Shown piece after piece: positions 27,882 to 39,218 of a DNA stretch of 64,000 nucleotides; within the stretch, counting starts at the first letter, position 1, and the number at the start of each line of letters is the position of its first letter. The notes under the pieces are model-generated. The model was not told where the DNA came from. It ran no database searches and saw nothing but the letters and a program-made list of their open reading frames with translations. A program made the translations under genes and the position numbers. The stretch is from Acidobacteriota bacterium (lineage in GTDB: Bacteria; Acidobacteriota; UBA890; WLXD01): assembly GCA_963666055.2 (NCBI GenBank), contig CAXWPH010000015.1:1312001-1376000 (forward strand), in the 5' to 3' direction.

Positions 27882-29432
27882 ATGAAGTCCATCATCATCG
27901 TTGGCTCCGGCGTTGCCGGTGTGACATTGGCGAGGCAGCTTCTAAAAACTGAGAACGACTATCAGATCACTATTCTTGAGGCAGGTCCCGACTTCAAGCC
28001 TGGCGATTATCGATTATGGCTTGATCAGGTAATGGCCGACGTCGATCTCTACAGAGAGTTCGTTGATGACCCGAGAGCCGAGAATGAACACTTCGGACTA
28101 CGTGGCTCAAGGCTTTTTGTGAAAGGCGGCACGACCAATCACTGGGGCGGCCTGACGCCGCGCCTTAAACCTGAAGACTTTGAACTAAAGTCCCGTACTG
28201 GTTTCGGGGCCGACTGGCCAATCAATTACGACGATATGGCGCCCTATTATGCGGAAGCCGAGATTCTACTGGGCATTACGGGTGATTCAGAGAATGATGA
28301 TCCACCACGGTATGGTGCGAAATACCCATTCCCACCAACCGCTTTTACCTTAGGTGACGTGCTGATCATCGAGGCCCTCAAAAGCCATGACATATCCTAC
28401 GGGCATATGTCGATAGCCAGGGACGGCAATCGATGTATTACGACAGGAACCTGCAATTATTGCCCTGTGAATGCACGATATACGGCTCTCTACGATTTGG
28501 CGCAACTGCAAGATGAATATGACGACAAGCTGACCCTTAAAACAGAATCGCCAGTCACAACAATACTAATGGATGGGAAAAAGCGTACCCGAGGCGTCAG
28601 CTTTCTAAACCTCAAGACGGGTACTCCTGACTCAATGGAAGCTGATGTGGTTATCGTTTGCGGTGGCACGATCGAATCCGCGAAACTTCTGCTTTCCTCT
28701 GCCAACAAGGACTGGACCGACGGTATCGGCAACGACTCAGGGCATGTCGGCCGGCATTTGATAGGGCATCCAGTGATGGACGCCTCAGGCGTTCGGCCAG
28801 GAAACCCGGACAAACTCGATGGGGAACTCGGATTTTCCTCTCTGATCAGCCGACATTTTGATTCACCGGAATATCAGCACAAAGGCAAAATGTGGTTTTC
28901 TGGGGGTGTCGGTGCAAACTCCTCTCTAGAAAGGCAAATCCTTTCAAATGTTTCGCGGGCTGATATGGATGCAAGTTTGATTTCTGAGATGAGAATCTCT
29001 TTGGGCGGTGAAATGGAGCAATTCGAAAGCCCGGAGAATCGAGTCAGCTTGGGACGCGGTACAACGAGACACGGTCTTCCCACCACAGAAATCGAGGTAG
29101 GCGTTCACGAAATCAATATCAAGACCCGACAGGAACATATGCAGACGTTTGTTGAGATACTGAAAACCGCCGGGTGCAAGGAAGACGGTATCGAAGGTAA
29201 CGTTAGAGATCCTGACGGAGCCCATGCATCGTCAACCTGCCGCATGAGCAGCTCCGATGGAGACGGTGTCGTCAATCCTGATTTACAGGTTCACGGCACG
29301 GATAATCTCTATGTATGTTCGAATGCTGTGTTCCCCAGTATTGGAGCAGCTAACCCGACGTTGACGGTATCGGCGCTTGCCGCCAGATTGGCGGAACATA
29401 TTGGTGCCGGCGGCGCCGATGAGGGTGCCTGA
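27882..29432 (+). CDS. GMC family oxidoreductase
   Basis: IVGSGVAG, GGTTNHWGG, CxxxGxCxxCP, H..STCRM, NPTLT. Confidence 0.92.
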   Translation: MKSIIIVGSGVAGVTLARQLLKTENDYQITILEAGPDFKPGDYRLWLDQVMADVDLYREFVDDPRAENEHFGLRGSRLFVKGGTTNHWGGLTPRLKPEDFELKSRTGFGADWPINYDDMAPYYAEAEILLGITGDSENDDPPRYGAKYPFPPTAFTLGDVLIIEALKSHDISYGHMSIARDGNRCITTGTCNYCPVNARYTALYDLAQLQDEYDDKLTLKTESPVTTILMDGKKRTRGVSFLNLKTGTPDSMEADVVIVCGGTIESAKLLLSSANKDWTDGIGNDSGHVGRHLIGHPVMDASGVRPGNPDKLDGELGFSSLISRHFDSPEYQHKGKMWFSGGVGANSSLERQILSNVSRADMDASLISEMRISLGGEMEQFESPENRVSLGRGTTRHGLPTTEIEVGVHEINIKTRQEHMQTFVEILKTAGCKEDGIEGNVRDPDGAHASSTCRMSSSDGDGVVNPDLQVHGTDNLYVCSNAVFPSIGAANPTLTVSALAARLAEHIGAGGADEGA

Positions 29433-29526
29433 CCCGAACCGGGTGGCGAAGATCGTTAAGACACATAACCACAGCGAAAGCCTGCGGCCGGCAACGACGA
29501 AGTCAGTGCTGTCGCGGATGTTGCGG

Positions 29527-29554
29527 CTAGCAGGCCGTGGTGAAAGTGTGGTGG
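29527..29554 (+). mobile_element. CTAG plus MITE TIR fragment
   Basis: CTAG|CAGGCCGTGGTGAAAGTGTGGTGG. Confidence 0.8.
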
Positions 29555-29569
29555 TTCTCCGCGGCTCGG

Positions 29570-31312
29570 TCAGCGGGAAGGGCCGGCATCGCTTGGTGAA
29601 GCCGGGACAGGCGCCGTGTACACCAACTGTCCACCGACGACCGTCATGTCGACCTGCACGGTGTGGATCTCCAGGGGATCCCTTTCAAAGAGGTTGCTGT
29701 CCAGAACGACGAAGTCAGCCAGGTTGCCTGCCGAGAGCGATCCTCTCGTGCGGTCGGCGTGCATGAGATAAGCCCCGGCGCTGGTGTAGGCGACGATCGC
29801 TTGCTCCAGGCTGATTCTCTCCTCAGGAATCCAGGCGCTGTCCTCATTGCCGGCGAGATCTATGCCGCCGGGATAGCGGTGGGTGGTAGCGGTCTCGAGG
29901 CCGTCGAGGGGTGAAACTCCGGTGACGTCCCAGTCCGAGCCCCAGGCGATCATCACCCCCGAGCCCAGGAGCGTTCGAGTCTGGAAGATACGCTGGCTGC
30001 GCTCCGGCCCGAACAGACGTGGGGCAAACACCGTTTCCCAGGCGTCACCAAGGCTCCACAAGGGGGTCATGTTGGCGATCACACCGAGGGTCCTGAACCG
30101 CGGGATGTCGGCGGCGTCGATCAGACACAGGTGGGCGATTGTGTGCCGGTTGTCGCGAAAGCCGTTGTGCCGACGAGCCTCGGCAAAGGCATCGAGGGCG
30201 GCACGCACGGCGCCGTCGCCTTGAGCGTGTGCGTGCACCTGAAAACCCTCGGCGTCCAGGCGGGTGACAAGACGATCGAGTCGGCTCTGTTCGATAAAAA
30301 GCTCACCCTTACCGTACCTCTTCGGATCGTCGCTATACGGCTCGAGTAAGACCACCGTGTGAGACCCGTAGGCGCCGTCGAGAAAGAGCTTCACGCAGCT
30401 AGCCCGTAGCCGGCGACCGGCAAGCTCGGCGCGTTGGGTCAGGAACGACCGGATCTGAGCGTCATCGTCTTCGGCGGGGCTGTGGGGCAGACACAGGTTG
30501 GTGCGCTGTTTCAGTTCGCCGCGCTCGTCCAGCGTCTTGTAGGCGCGCGCGATCTCGGGAGTGGCCATGGCGTCTTCGAGCGCCGTAATGCCCAGTCGAC
30601 TCATTTCCTCCAGCGCCGCCGACAGATTCAGCACGCGCGCCTCGGCCGTCAGCGGCGGAATGGCGGCGTCGACCAGCGCCATTGCCGACTCCTCGTGCAG
30701 TGCGCCCGTGGGCTGACCGTCCGCGTCGCGCTCGATTCGTCCATTGGGCGGGTCAGGGGTATCGGCGTTGATGCCCGCGGCGGCCAGCGCCAGCGAATTG
30801 GCCCAGCCGCCGTGGCCGGAGTTGTTAACCAGATAGGCGGGGCGGTCCGGGACCACGCTATCGAGCATCTCCCGGGTGGGCAGGCCGCTGGGAAGAAACG
30901 CTGTCTCGTCCCAGCCGCCGCCCTCTATCCAGGGTTTCTCGGGACGCGCCTGGGCATACTGTCGGATTCTCTCGAGTACGTCCTGGCGACGAATCAGGCC
31001 GTCGAGCCTTACGTAGTTGGCCGGATTGGGAACCATCCCGGGGTGCACGTGGGAGTCCTGGAAGCCTGGCAGCAGCATGCGCCGCTCGAGGTCGACGACA
31101 CGTGTCGCCGGGCCGACGAAATCGCGCGCAGTGGCATCATCCCCGACATAAGTGATTCGATCACCGGTCACGACCACCGCGGACGCCCAGCTTCGCGCGG
31201 CATCAACCGTGTAAACGGCGCCATTCACGAAAACCATGTCCGCGGGCGAGCCTTCCGGTCCGATGGCCGCCTGGGCCAAGGCGAGCAACGCAACTATGCC
31301 GCGCAACCCCAT
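29570..31312 (-). CDS. Amidohydrolase 3 (YtcJ-like), secreted
   Basis: PGFQDSHVH, KLFLDG, HAQGD, GSDW. Confidence 0.92.
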   Translation of the reverse strand: MGLRGIVALLALAQAAIGPEGSPADMVFVNGAVYTVDAARSWASAVVVTGDRITYVGDDATARDFVGPATRVVDLERRMLLPGFQDSHVHPGMVPNPANYVRLDGLIRRQDVLERIRQYAQARPEKPWIEGGGWDETAFLPSGLPTREMLDSVVPDRPAYLVNNSGHGGWANSLALAAAGINADTPDPPNGRIERDADGQPTGALHEESAMALVDAAIPPLTAEARVLNLSAALEEMSRLGITALEDAMATPEIARAYKTLDERGELKQRTNLCLPHSPAEDDDAQIRSFLTQRAELAGRRLRASCVKLFLDGAYGSHTVVLLEPYSDDPKRYGKGELFIEQSRLDRLVTRLDAEGFQVHAHAQGDGAVRAALDAFAEARRHNGFRDNRHTIAHLCLIDAADIPRFRTLGVIANMTPLWSLGDAWETVFAPRLFGPERSQRIFQTRTLLGSGVMIAWGSDWDVTGVSPLDGLETATTHRYPGGIDLAGNEDSAWIPEERISLEQAIVAYTSAGAYLMHADRTRGSLSAGNLADFVVLDSNLFERDPLEIHTVQVDMTVVGGQLVYTAPVPASPSDAGPSR

Positions 31313-31408
31313 TTCGGGAGCCTCCAGTAGGCAAGTCCCGTGAGTACAGGACCGGTATTCGATCTCAAAGGGGCGATAGGCGGACCTGCGCACCAGCGCT
31401 GCGTCCAC

Positions 31409-31583
31409 TCAGGGCGAAGAAAACTCGTAGATCACATCCTTGAAAGACCCCGCCTGGGAAGACATAGAGTAGCCGAAACGAGTCCGATCCTGTGCTTCGC
31501 GCGCCATGCCACGCGCTGCCAGGAATGAAGACGGCGGATCCCGGTTTCACCGCGTGCTCCACTCCGGAGATCACGATGATTGC
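31409..31583 (-). pseudogene. Cupin C-terminal fragment
   Basis: GSAVFIPGSAWHG...LLYVFP; no N-terminus; frameshifted end. Confidence 0.65.
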
Positions 31584-31622
31584 TCGCGGGGATTGCGGTT
31601 CGATAGGAGAGCGCCGACCGGG

Positions 31623-32180
31623 CTACGAGCCGATTCTGCCCCGCACCAGGACCAGGTTGTCCAGCACGAGGCTATCCGACCAGATGAACACCGGGTCGAA
31701 TTCGGGGTCGTCCCAGATGTCGAGGAAGTTGGTGTAGGCGGGTTTATTGTCGACGCCGACCGTTTCGTTGGTGAACGTCCTGGCCCCCGGCCAGTCGTGG
31801 TCGTCGAAGCTCGTGATCACGTCGCCGTCGGCGTCGATCTCGGTGATCGGGATCGCCTCGAGATCGATCTCGGCGCTGCTGGCCAGCATCGTCCCGCCGC
31901 ACTCGTTGTACAGGTCCGCGGCCCTGGGGCCGGTCTCGAACACGGTCGACGCCGGAACAATCCATGTGGTGTCGTCGTGCGCAGTGACGGTGCCGACGGC
32001 GGCGACGCGGCCGCCCGGGCAGTCGAGAAGGTTGTCGGTGAGCGTGTGCGCGAGCCCTCGGGTGAACGACCCGGTCATCGGCAGATCGCCGATCTGCGCG
32101 GTGGGTGGCACGGTATCGGTGGGCTCGCCGCAGGCGGCGACGATCGCAGCGATGACCGTGATGCCAAGCAAACTGCGCAT
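31623..32180 (-). CDS. Hypothetical lipoprotein (possibly internally deleted)
   Basis: Lipobox VAAC; RBS AGGAG. Confidence 0.6.
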   Translation of the reverse strand: MRSLLGITVIAAIVAACGEPTDTVPPTAQIGDLPMTGSFTRGLAHTLTDNLLDCPGGRVAAVGTVTAHDDTTWIVPASTVFETGPRAADLYNECGGTMLASSAEIDLEAIPITEIDADGDVITSFDDHDWPGARTFTNETVGVDNKPAYTNFLDIWDDPEFDPVFIWSDSLVLDNLVLVRGRIGS

Positions 32181-32594
32181 CGTGGATCTCCTGTCGGGGT
32201 GCCATCCGGAGCGGATCGCGGCTACGTTCGCAGCCGCTACCCGACCTGGTTCGGTGGCGGAAGTCCGCCAGACGCAGGGTATCGATCTCCGCTGTCAAAG
32301 GAAACGGTGGGAACTGGCTCCCCGGGTCACATCCGGTGTGCCTGACGCGCCGCCTCCAATCAGCAGGGTGGAGGCAATGTGCCGGCGGGAAGATCCGTTG
32401 CCGCGCCCCCACGTGAGAGCTATCGTTGCCTCGTCGGAGCCGCGGGGCCGCACAGTTGCCACCGCCCGACGAGACATCGGAGAGCGTGGCGCTTGGTCGC
32501 GAACCGGCTTCGAAGCAGCGTAGCCGACCACACGGAACTGTCCACGGCCCCTCGTTTCGGTGTCATCCCTCCTTGTTGCAACGGAAGGTGTCCG

Positions 32595-34673
32595 ATGCGC
32601 CCCGTGTGCTGTCGAGCTCGCTGCCAGGTCCGCATTTTCTCGGTAGCAGTATTGTTTTCCCTCGTGGCGACTGTCGCCGATCACTCGGCGATTGCGGCAG
32701 GACAGCAATCCGCTCGGCTCCCCATGACCGTCGACGATGCGCTGCGCTTGAAGCGGCTCGGGAACGTGCTGCTGTCGCCTGACGGCGAACGAGTCTTCTA
32801 TTCGGTATCGGAGCTCGACTGGGACGAGAATAGGCGCCGAACCCGCTACTTCATGGTTCCTTTCTCAGGGGGCGAGGCGCGCCAGTACATCAGCGATGCT
32901 GGCGGCCGCTCGTTTCGCTTCTCGCCGGACGGCGACCACCTGACGTTTCTTCGCGACGTCGACGATGAAGCGCAGGTGTTCGGCTTGCCAACCGACGGCG
33001 GCGAAGCGCGCCAGCTCACGGCCCACAAGGGTGGGATCGAAGCATACAGATGGTCGCCTGATGGCAGCGCGATCTTCTTTTCCGCTGAAGAGATACGCAG
33101 CGACGACGAGCAACGCGAGCACGACCTCGGCCTCGATCCGGTGTTCGTTGACGAAGCCCCCAACGGCAAGCACGAGGCTCGCTTCAGCAACCTGTGGTTG
33201 CACGACATGGCCTCGGATACGGAGACACGCTTGACGAACGAGGAGCTCATCGTCGGCGCCTTCGACATTTCGCCTGACGGCGGACAGGTGGTGCTCACCG
33301 CACGACCCGACGATCGCACCAACTACCCCTTCCTGTCGGAGCTTTACCTCTACGAGCGGGCGAGCACCCGGCTCATGCGCCTGACCGACAACAACGCCCC
33401 CGAGGACGATCCGCAGTGGGCTCCCGACGGTGGCTCCATTCTGTATCGCGCTCCGTCCGATGCCGACTTCGACCTGAGCAACGGCTACTTCTGGATCATG
33501 GATGTGGCCTCACATCGAGCGCGTCGTCTCGACGGCCAGAACCAGGGCGAAGTCGACAACGTGGCCTGGGCCGCCGATGGCACCGGCATCCTGTTCAACG
33601 AGACCCGCGGCACCAACACGAACCTGTATCGGCTAGATTTCGGATCTGGCGACGTCACCACACTCACTCGTCGTCTCGGCACAATGCGATCGCGAGCCTT
33701 CTCGGCCGACCGGAAGCGAGCAATTTTCTCATACGAGAACTTCACCACTCCTATCGATCTATGGGCGGTGCACCTCGAAGGTGGCGACCCGGCTCGATTA
33801 ACCGATGTGAATCCCGCGATAGGCGACACCATCAGGGTTGTCGACGGCGAAGTGCTCACTTGGGGCGGCAAGAACGACATGAGCATCGAGGGGGTCTTCA
33901 TGAACTCCCTCGACCATCAACACGGCGACACCCAGCCATTGATCGTGCACATCCATGGTGGCCCGGCGGGTGTCGTCACCAACAGCTTCGATGCCGAGTT
34001 CCAGACGCTCGCCGGCCTCGGCTACGCCATTCTGGCCCCCAACGTTCGCGGCAGCAGCGGCTACGGCGATGAGGTGCTGGGCGGCCTCATCGGCGAGGTC
34101 GGCGACGGGGAGCTCTTCGACATGATGGCCGGTCTCGACTATGCGATTGCGAATCGCGACATCGACCCCGAACGTCTTGGTGTGCGCGGCTGGAGCTGGG
34201 GCGGCGTTGCAACCAGCTACACGATCACCCAGACCAACCGCTTCATGGCCGCCTCGGTCGGCGCGATGGTGGGCAACTGGGCCGCCGAAACCGGCCCAGG
34301 CTTCAACTTCGACGTGTCCCTTTGGTATATCGGTGACGCCCCCTGGAGCCACCCGGAAGAATGGGCGAAACGCTCGTCGATCACGCACGTGAGAAACGTA
34401 ACCACGCCGACGATCATCTTCCATGGTGCTCGCGACGAGACCTCGAGTGTCGGCCAGAGCTTGATGTTCTTCACGGCGCTGCGAGACCTCGGCAAGGCTC
34501 CGGTACGCTACATCAAATTCCCACGGCAGGGCCACGGCATCGAGGAGCCGCGGCTGGAGCGCGTGCACCTGGTGGAGGAGATCCGCTGGTTCAAGAAGCA
34601 CATCGAAGGCGTTAGCTGGGAGCCGTGGGAGTTGCCGAAGACAGTGGCAGCCGGAAGGAGAACAGGCCGATGA
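32595..34673 (+). CDS. S9 family peptidase (acylaminoacyl peptidase-like)
   Basis: Propeller domain plus HGGP, GWSWGG, D and H triad. Confidence 0.92.
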   Translation: MRPVCCRARCQVRIFSVAVLFSLVATVADHSAIAAGQQSARLPMTVDDALRLKRLGNVLLSPDGERVFYSVSELDWDENRRRTRYFMVPFSGGEARQYISDAGGRSFRFSPDGDHLTFLRDVDDEAQVFGLPTDGGEARQLTAHKGGIEAYRWSPDGSAIFFSAEEIRSDDEQREHDLGLDPVFVDEAPNGKHEARFSNLWLHDMASDTETRLTNEELIVGAFDISPDGGQVVLTARPDDRTNYPFLSELYLYERASTRLMRLTDNNAPEDDPQWAPDGGSILYRAPSDADFDLSNGYFWIMDVASHRARRLDGQNQGEVDNVAWAADGTGILFNETRGTNTNLYRLDFGSGDVTTLTRRLGTMRSRAFSADRKRAIFSYENFTTPIDLWAVHLEGGDPARLTDVNPAIGDTIRVVDGEVLTWGGKNDMSIEGVFMNSLDHQHGDTQPLIVHIHGGPAGVVTNSFDAEFQTLAGLGYAILAPNVRGSSGYGDEVLGGLIGEVGDGELFDMMAGLDYAIANRDIDPERLGVRGWSWGGVATSYTITQTNRFMAASVGAMVGNWAAETGPGFNFDVSLWYIGDAPWSHPEEWAKRSSITHVRNVTTPTIIFHGARDETSSVGQSLMFFTALRDLGKAPVRYIKFPRQGHGIEEPRLERVHLVEEIRWFKKHIEGVSWEPWELPKTVAAGRRTGR

Positions 34674-37600
34674 AGCAGCCTCAACTGTGTCGCCGATGCG
34701 TGGCCGCGGTGTTGGGAACGGCGTTGGTCGTGGTGGCACCAGGCCTCCTGGCCCAAGAGCTCGACCCGGCCATGTACGGGGCGCTTCGCTATCGACACAT
34801 CGGGCCAGAAGGCAACCGGGTCATCGCTATTGCCAGCCATCCCGGCAACCGGGACGTCATTTATGCCGGAGCTGCTTCGGGTGGCGTCTGGAAAACGACC
34901 GACGGCGGGCTCAACTGGGACCCGGTGTTCGATGATACCGATGTGGCTTCGGTAGGCGCATTGGCGGTTTCGATCTCCGACCCGAACGTGGTCTGGGCAG
35001 GCACCGGCGAGACCAACATCCGCAGCATGATCTCGAGCGGCAACGGGATCTACAAATCGACCGACGCTGGCAATACCTGGCAACACATGGGGCTGCGCGA
35101 GACGGGGAGAATTGGCCGCGTGGTCATCCATCCGGACAATCCTGACGTCGTCTTTGCCGCTGCCGTCGGGACCGCTTACGGTCCGCAGCAGGAGCGCGGC
35201 GTATTCCGCACCGTAGACGGCGGCGATTCCTGGCAACGTGTTCTCTTCGTGGGCGAGGACACGGGTGCCTCCGACATCGCCATGGATCCGTCCAACCCGC
35301 GCAACCTGGTCGCTGGCATGTGGCCGATCGACATCAAGACCTGGCAGAGAACCAGCGGCGGCCACAACGGCGGCATCTTCGTTACCCATGACGGCGGTGA
35401 CAGCTGGGAGCGCGCCACAGAGGGTTTGCCCGAGCCACCGACCGGAAAGATCGCCGTAGCTTATGCGCCGAGTAACCCCGAGCGCATCTATGCGCTTATC
35501 GAGACCGACCAGTACGAGTTCAAAGGCGTGCTGTGGCGCTCCGACGACGGCGGTGATTCCTGGCAGTTGATCAGTCGCGACCAGCAGTACCACACGCGTC
35601 CCCATTACTACACGCGGCTGGTGGTAGCACCCGACAACGATGAAGAAGTTTACTTCCTCGCGACGCGTCTGGCGCGCACGCTCGATGGCGGCGATACTGC
35701 CTCGATTCTGCGCAACGCGGGTGGCGATCATCACGACATGTGGATCGACCCGGCGATCCCCGACCGGATTCTGCTGGCTAACGACGGCGGGGTTCACATC
35801 AGCCTTAATCGAGCTGGTTCTTGGTACCACCCGGACCTTCCGATTGCTCAGATGTATCACGTCGCCGTCGATGACCAGGTGCCCTACTTCGTCTATGGCA
35901 ACAGGCAGGACGGGCCGACGCGTCGCGGACCGAGCAACAGCTTGGCAGGTGGCAACTGGCACTCGGTCGGCGGCGGCGAGGCTGGCTGGACGATACCGGA
36001 TCCGTTCGACAACAACATCGTCTGGGCCTCCAATGAGCAGGGCGTGCTGACTCGCTACGATCTACGCACCGGCCACACGACCAACGTGCAGGTGTGGCCC
36101 GAGACACCCGTGGGTAAATCGCCGCGCGACATCAAGTACCGCTGGGTATGGAGCTACCCGGTGGTGGTGTCGCGCCACACCCCTGGCACGCTGTACGTCG
36201 GCAGCCAATACGTCCACAAGACAGCGGACGGTGGGCAAACCTGGAACGAGATCAGCCCCGACCTGACCACCGACGACGAGACCAAACAGGTGGACTCGGG
36301 CGGACTCACCTTCGACAACGTTGGCGTTGACTACGGCACGACGTTGTTCGCCATCGGCGAGTCGCCGCTCGACCCCGACATCCTCTGGGCGGGTAGCAAC
36401 GACGGATTGGTTCACGTGACGCGCGATGGCGGCGACAGCTGGACAAACGTAACTCCGAATGGCGACAGCCTGCCACCCTGGGGCACGGTGAGCAGCATTG
36501 AGGCCTCACGCTTCGATGCGGGCAGCGCTTATATCGCAGTCGACCTGCACCAGGTCGACGATCGCGACCCCTACGTGTATCGAACCAAGGATTTCGGCGC
36601 CTCGTGGACGCGCATCACGAACGGTATTCCGCGCAGCATGCTCAGCTACGTGCATGTAGTGCGCGAGGATCCCCAACGCCCCGGCATGCTCTACCTGGGC
36701 ACCGAGAACACCGTCTACATCAGCGTCGACGACGGCGACATTTGGCTGCCGCTGCGCAACAACCTGCCGCCGGCGCCGATCCACTGGCTGACCGTTCAAG
36801 AGCGCTTCGGCGATCTGGTACTCGGCACCTACGGGCGCCGCTTCTGGATTCTCGACGATCTGTCGCCAATGCGGCAGCTCACGTCAGACGTGCTGTCGAA
36901 AGAGCTGCACCTGTTCGAGCCGCGGCCGGCCTACCGGCTTTTGCGCCGCAGCCTGCCGGGCGAGCGGGTTCGCGGCGCGCCCCCCGGGTACGTGGAAGAC
37001 CCTCCTTTTGGCGCCGCGATCAACCACTACCTCGCCAATTCCACCGACCAACCTGCGACGATCACGATTCGCGATCAGGCGGGCAACGTGGTGCGTACAC
37101 TGCGTGGAACGACGAACGCCGGGATCAATCGCTCCTACTGGGACCTCCGACACGAAGAATCGCCCGCAGTGAAGCTTCGTACCCCGCCCCTCGGACACCC
37201 GGGAATCGCCTTCGGGCCTGAGAGCATTCGCTACAACGCCGACGGTTGGCGCGAGCTCGACGTCGAGGGCAGCGGCGGCAACGGCCCGCTGGCGCTGCCT
37301 GGCACCTACACCGTTGAGCTCCAGATCGGCTCGAGGCAGCTCAGAACGAGCCTCGAGGTGCTCAAGGACCCCACTTCGGCGGCCAGTGGAGAGGACATTC
37401 GAGCGCAGCTCGACCTGGCGCTTCGTATTCGCGACGAGGTGAGCGCGTTGACGGCAATGGGCAATTCCATCGAGTGGATCCGCAAGCAAATCGACGACCT
37501 CGAGGATCTGGTGCGAGGCCGCGCCGATATGACCGAGGTCGAAGATGCCGCGACCGCGTTCGATCAGCAGTTGATCGCGCTCGAGCGTGAGTTCTACATC

Positions 37601-37861
37601 CTGCGAACCACCGGGGCATCGGAGAATCTACTGCGCTTTCCCGCCGGCTTGTTTTCGCACTTCCAGATGCTCGGTCGCTACGTGATGACCGGTGACGCGC
37701 GCCCTACACCTTCCAAATACGCGGTGTTTGATGAGTTGTCGGCCCGCCTGGAACAATACAGAGAAGTCTACGGCACACTGATTTCCCGGGACCTTGACGA
37801 ATTCAACGCGATCGTTCGAGCGCATGGGCTCGCCGGCATTGCCGTGCGACCACAGGACTGA
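34670..37861 (+). CDS. BNR/VPS10-repeat glycosyl hydrolase-like protein
   Basis: Multiple S/TxDxGxxW Asp-boxes; DHH motif; signal peptide. Confidence 0.88.
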   Translation: MKQPQLCRRCVAAVLGTALVVVAPGLLAQELDPAMYGALRYRHIGPEGNRVIAIASHPGNRDVIYAGAASGGVWKTTDGGLNWDPVFDDTDVASVGALAVSISDPNVVWAGTGETNIRSMISSGNGIYKSTDAGNTWQHMGLRETGRIGRVVIHPDNPDVVFAAAVGTAYGPQQERGVFRTVDGGDSWQRVLFVGEDTGASDIAMDPSNPRNLVAGMWPIDIKTWQRTSGGHNGGIFVTHDGGDSWERATEGLPEPPTGKIAVAYAPSNPERIYALIETDQYEFKGVLWRSDDGGDSWQLISRDQQYHTRPHYYTRLVVAPDNDEEVYFLATRLARTLDGGDTASILRNAGGDHHDMWIDPAIPDRILLANDGGVHISLNRAGSWYHPDLPIAQMYHVAVDDQVPYFVYGNRQDGPTRRGPSNSLAGGNWHSVGGGEAGWTIPDPFDNNIVWASNEQGVLTRYDLRTGHTTNVQVWPETPVGKSPRDIKYRWVWSYPVVVSRHTPGTLYVGSQYVHKTADGGQTWNEISPDLTTDDETKQVDSGGLTFDNVGVDYGTTLFAIGESPLDPDILWAGSNDGLVHVTRDGGDSWTNVTPNGDSLPPWGTVSSIEASRFDAGSAYIAVDLHQVDDRDPYVYRTKDFGASWTRITNGIPRSMLSYVHVVREDPQRPGMLYLGTENTVYISVDDGDIWLPLRNNLPPAPIHWLTVQERFGDLVLGTYGRRFWILDDLSPMRQLTSDVLSKELHLFEPRPAYRLLRRSLPGERVRGAPPGYVEDPPFGAAINHYLANSTDQPATITIRDQAGNVVRTLRGTTNAGINRSYWDLRHEESPAVKLRTPPLGHPGIAFGPESIRYNADGWRELDVEGSGGNGPLALPGTYTVELQIGSRQLRTSLEVLKDPTSAASGEDIRAQLDLALRIRDEVSALTAMGNSIEWIRKQIDDLEDLVRGRADMTEVEDAATAFDQQLIALEREFYILRTTGASENLLRFPAGLFSHFQMLGRYVMTGDARPTPSKYAVFDELSARLEQYREVYGTLISRDLDEFNAIVRAHGLAGIAVRPQD

Positions 37862-37937
37862 TCGCCGAGCTCAGCGTTCGCGGCCAACAACCAGACGATT
37901 GGTACCGCACCCATAGTGACAACGAAGGGAGTTAGCG

Positions 37938-39218
37938 ATGAAGCAACGGTTGATTGTGCTGGTTGCGACGATGGTTGTCGCCTCGACGGTCCTGGCTCAG
38001 GAAGGACCCGATCCGAATCGTCCCGGGGCGAGGGAGGTGATCGAATACGATGTGCCTGACGAGGTCGATATCGACTACGAGGTGCTCGACAACATCGACA
38101 CTTCGTCGTCGGAGTTCGGCGTCGTGCCGCTACCAGACGAGGTTGGCAAGACCCTGACGGGCCTGTTCAGCAAGTACACGAAGCACGTTGCTCCCAACGG
38201 TAAGCCGATCCACATCCTCGGCCAATCGCGGGTGAGTGATCTACAGATGGCGCGCGCCCGGGAGATTCTCAAATACCACCTCGCGGATGCGCCCGGCACC
38301 CGGTACGGCAGTGACAAGGCTGCCATCGCCAACCGGATGGGGGACGTGCGAGCGACGCTCATCTACACAGACACCCAGGCCAGGGCGTTCGCGATGTACG
38401 ACATCATCGGAGAGTCGGAACTCGCGCTCCAGGACCTGTATGCCACCGAATCTCCCGTGGAGGGCGGCTACGTCTACCTTCACAACGAGGCCGAGGCGGG
38501 AGGCTTCTTCACGCGTGATGCCTCGTACGAGGAAATCCTGCATCTCGTGCATGCCAAAGGCATAGAGGAGGTGCTCCCCGAGTACCATGCGGCGATCGTG
38601 GAAGCCGAGCGGCGCGCCACAGACGCCGGGATCTACAAGTACGGCAGGCTGGCCCCCCACGAGTACATCATCAGCGGCTTCGACATCTACTTTGGCCTGT
38701 GGGACCACGATCCCCAGGGCGACGGGGCCTCGTACGGCGGCGAGTATCCCTACCACACAAGCGAGGAAATGAAGGCAGGCGACCGGCCCCTCTTCGATCT
38801 CATCGACGAGTTCTGGCCCGAGTACCTGACCTACAACGCCTACATCGACCCGTCTTTCGAGGGCACCTTCTTGATAGCCCACGACGAAGGTGTCGAATAC
38901 ACCAACAAGTCTCGGTTCCTGGTTGAGGTCTCGTTGACCGGCTCGAATGATTCGGGGGTCGTGGGGAACGACCAGGACAACGTGCTCACCGGCAATGCAG
39001 GTAACAACGATTTCACCGGGGCTGCGGGAGACGATTTCATCACCGGCGCGGCCGGAACCGATCGGGCCACCTTCGTTGGGGTCGCATCCGAGTATCGAAT
39101 CGACACGAGTGGGTCGACAACGACAGTGGCCGATACGGTGGAAGGTCGCGACGGGACGGACCGATTGACCGGCGTCGAGATCCTCGTCTTTCGCGACAAA
39201 GAGATGGATATCGAGTAA
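37938..39218 (+). CDS. Secreted protein with EExxH metal motif and C-terminal RTX-like Ca-binding repeats
   Basis: YEEILHLVH, PHEY; GNAGND/GAAGDD nonapeptides; DGTDRLTGVE. Confidence 0.75.
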   Translation: MKQRLIVLVATMVVASTVLAQEGPDPNRPGAREVIEYDVPDEVDIDYEVLDNIDTSSSEFGVVPLPDEVGKTLTGLFSKYTKHVAPNGKPIHILGQSRVSDLQMARAREILKYHLADAPGTRYGSDKAAIANRMGDVRATLIYTDTQARAFAMYDIIGESELALQDLYATESPVEGGYVYLHNEAEAGGFFTRDASYEEILHLVHAKGIEEVLPEYHAAIVEAERRATDAGIYKYGRLAPHEYIISGFDIYFGLWDHDPQGDGASYGGEYPYHTSEEMKAGDRPLFDLIDEFWPEYLTYNAYIDPSFEGTFLIAHDEGVEYTNKSRFLVEVSLTGSNDSGVVGNDQDNVLTGNAGNNDFTGAAGDDFITGAAGTDRATFVGVASEYRIDTSGSTTTVADTVEGRDGTDRLTGVEILVFRDKEMDIE

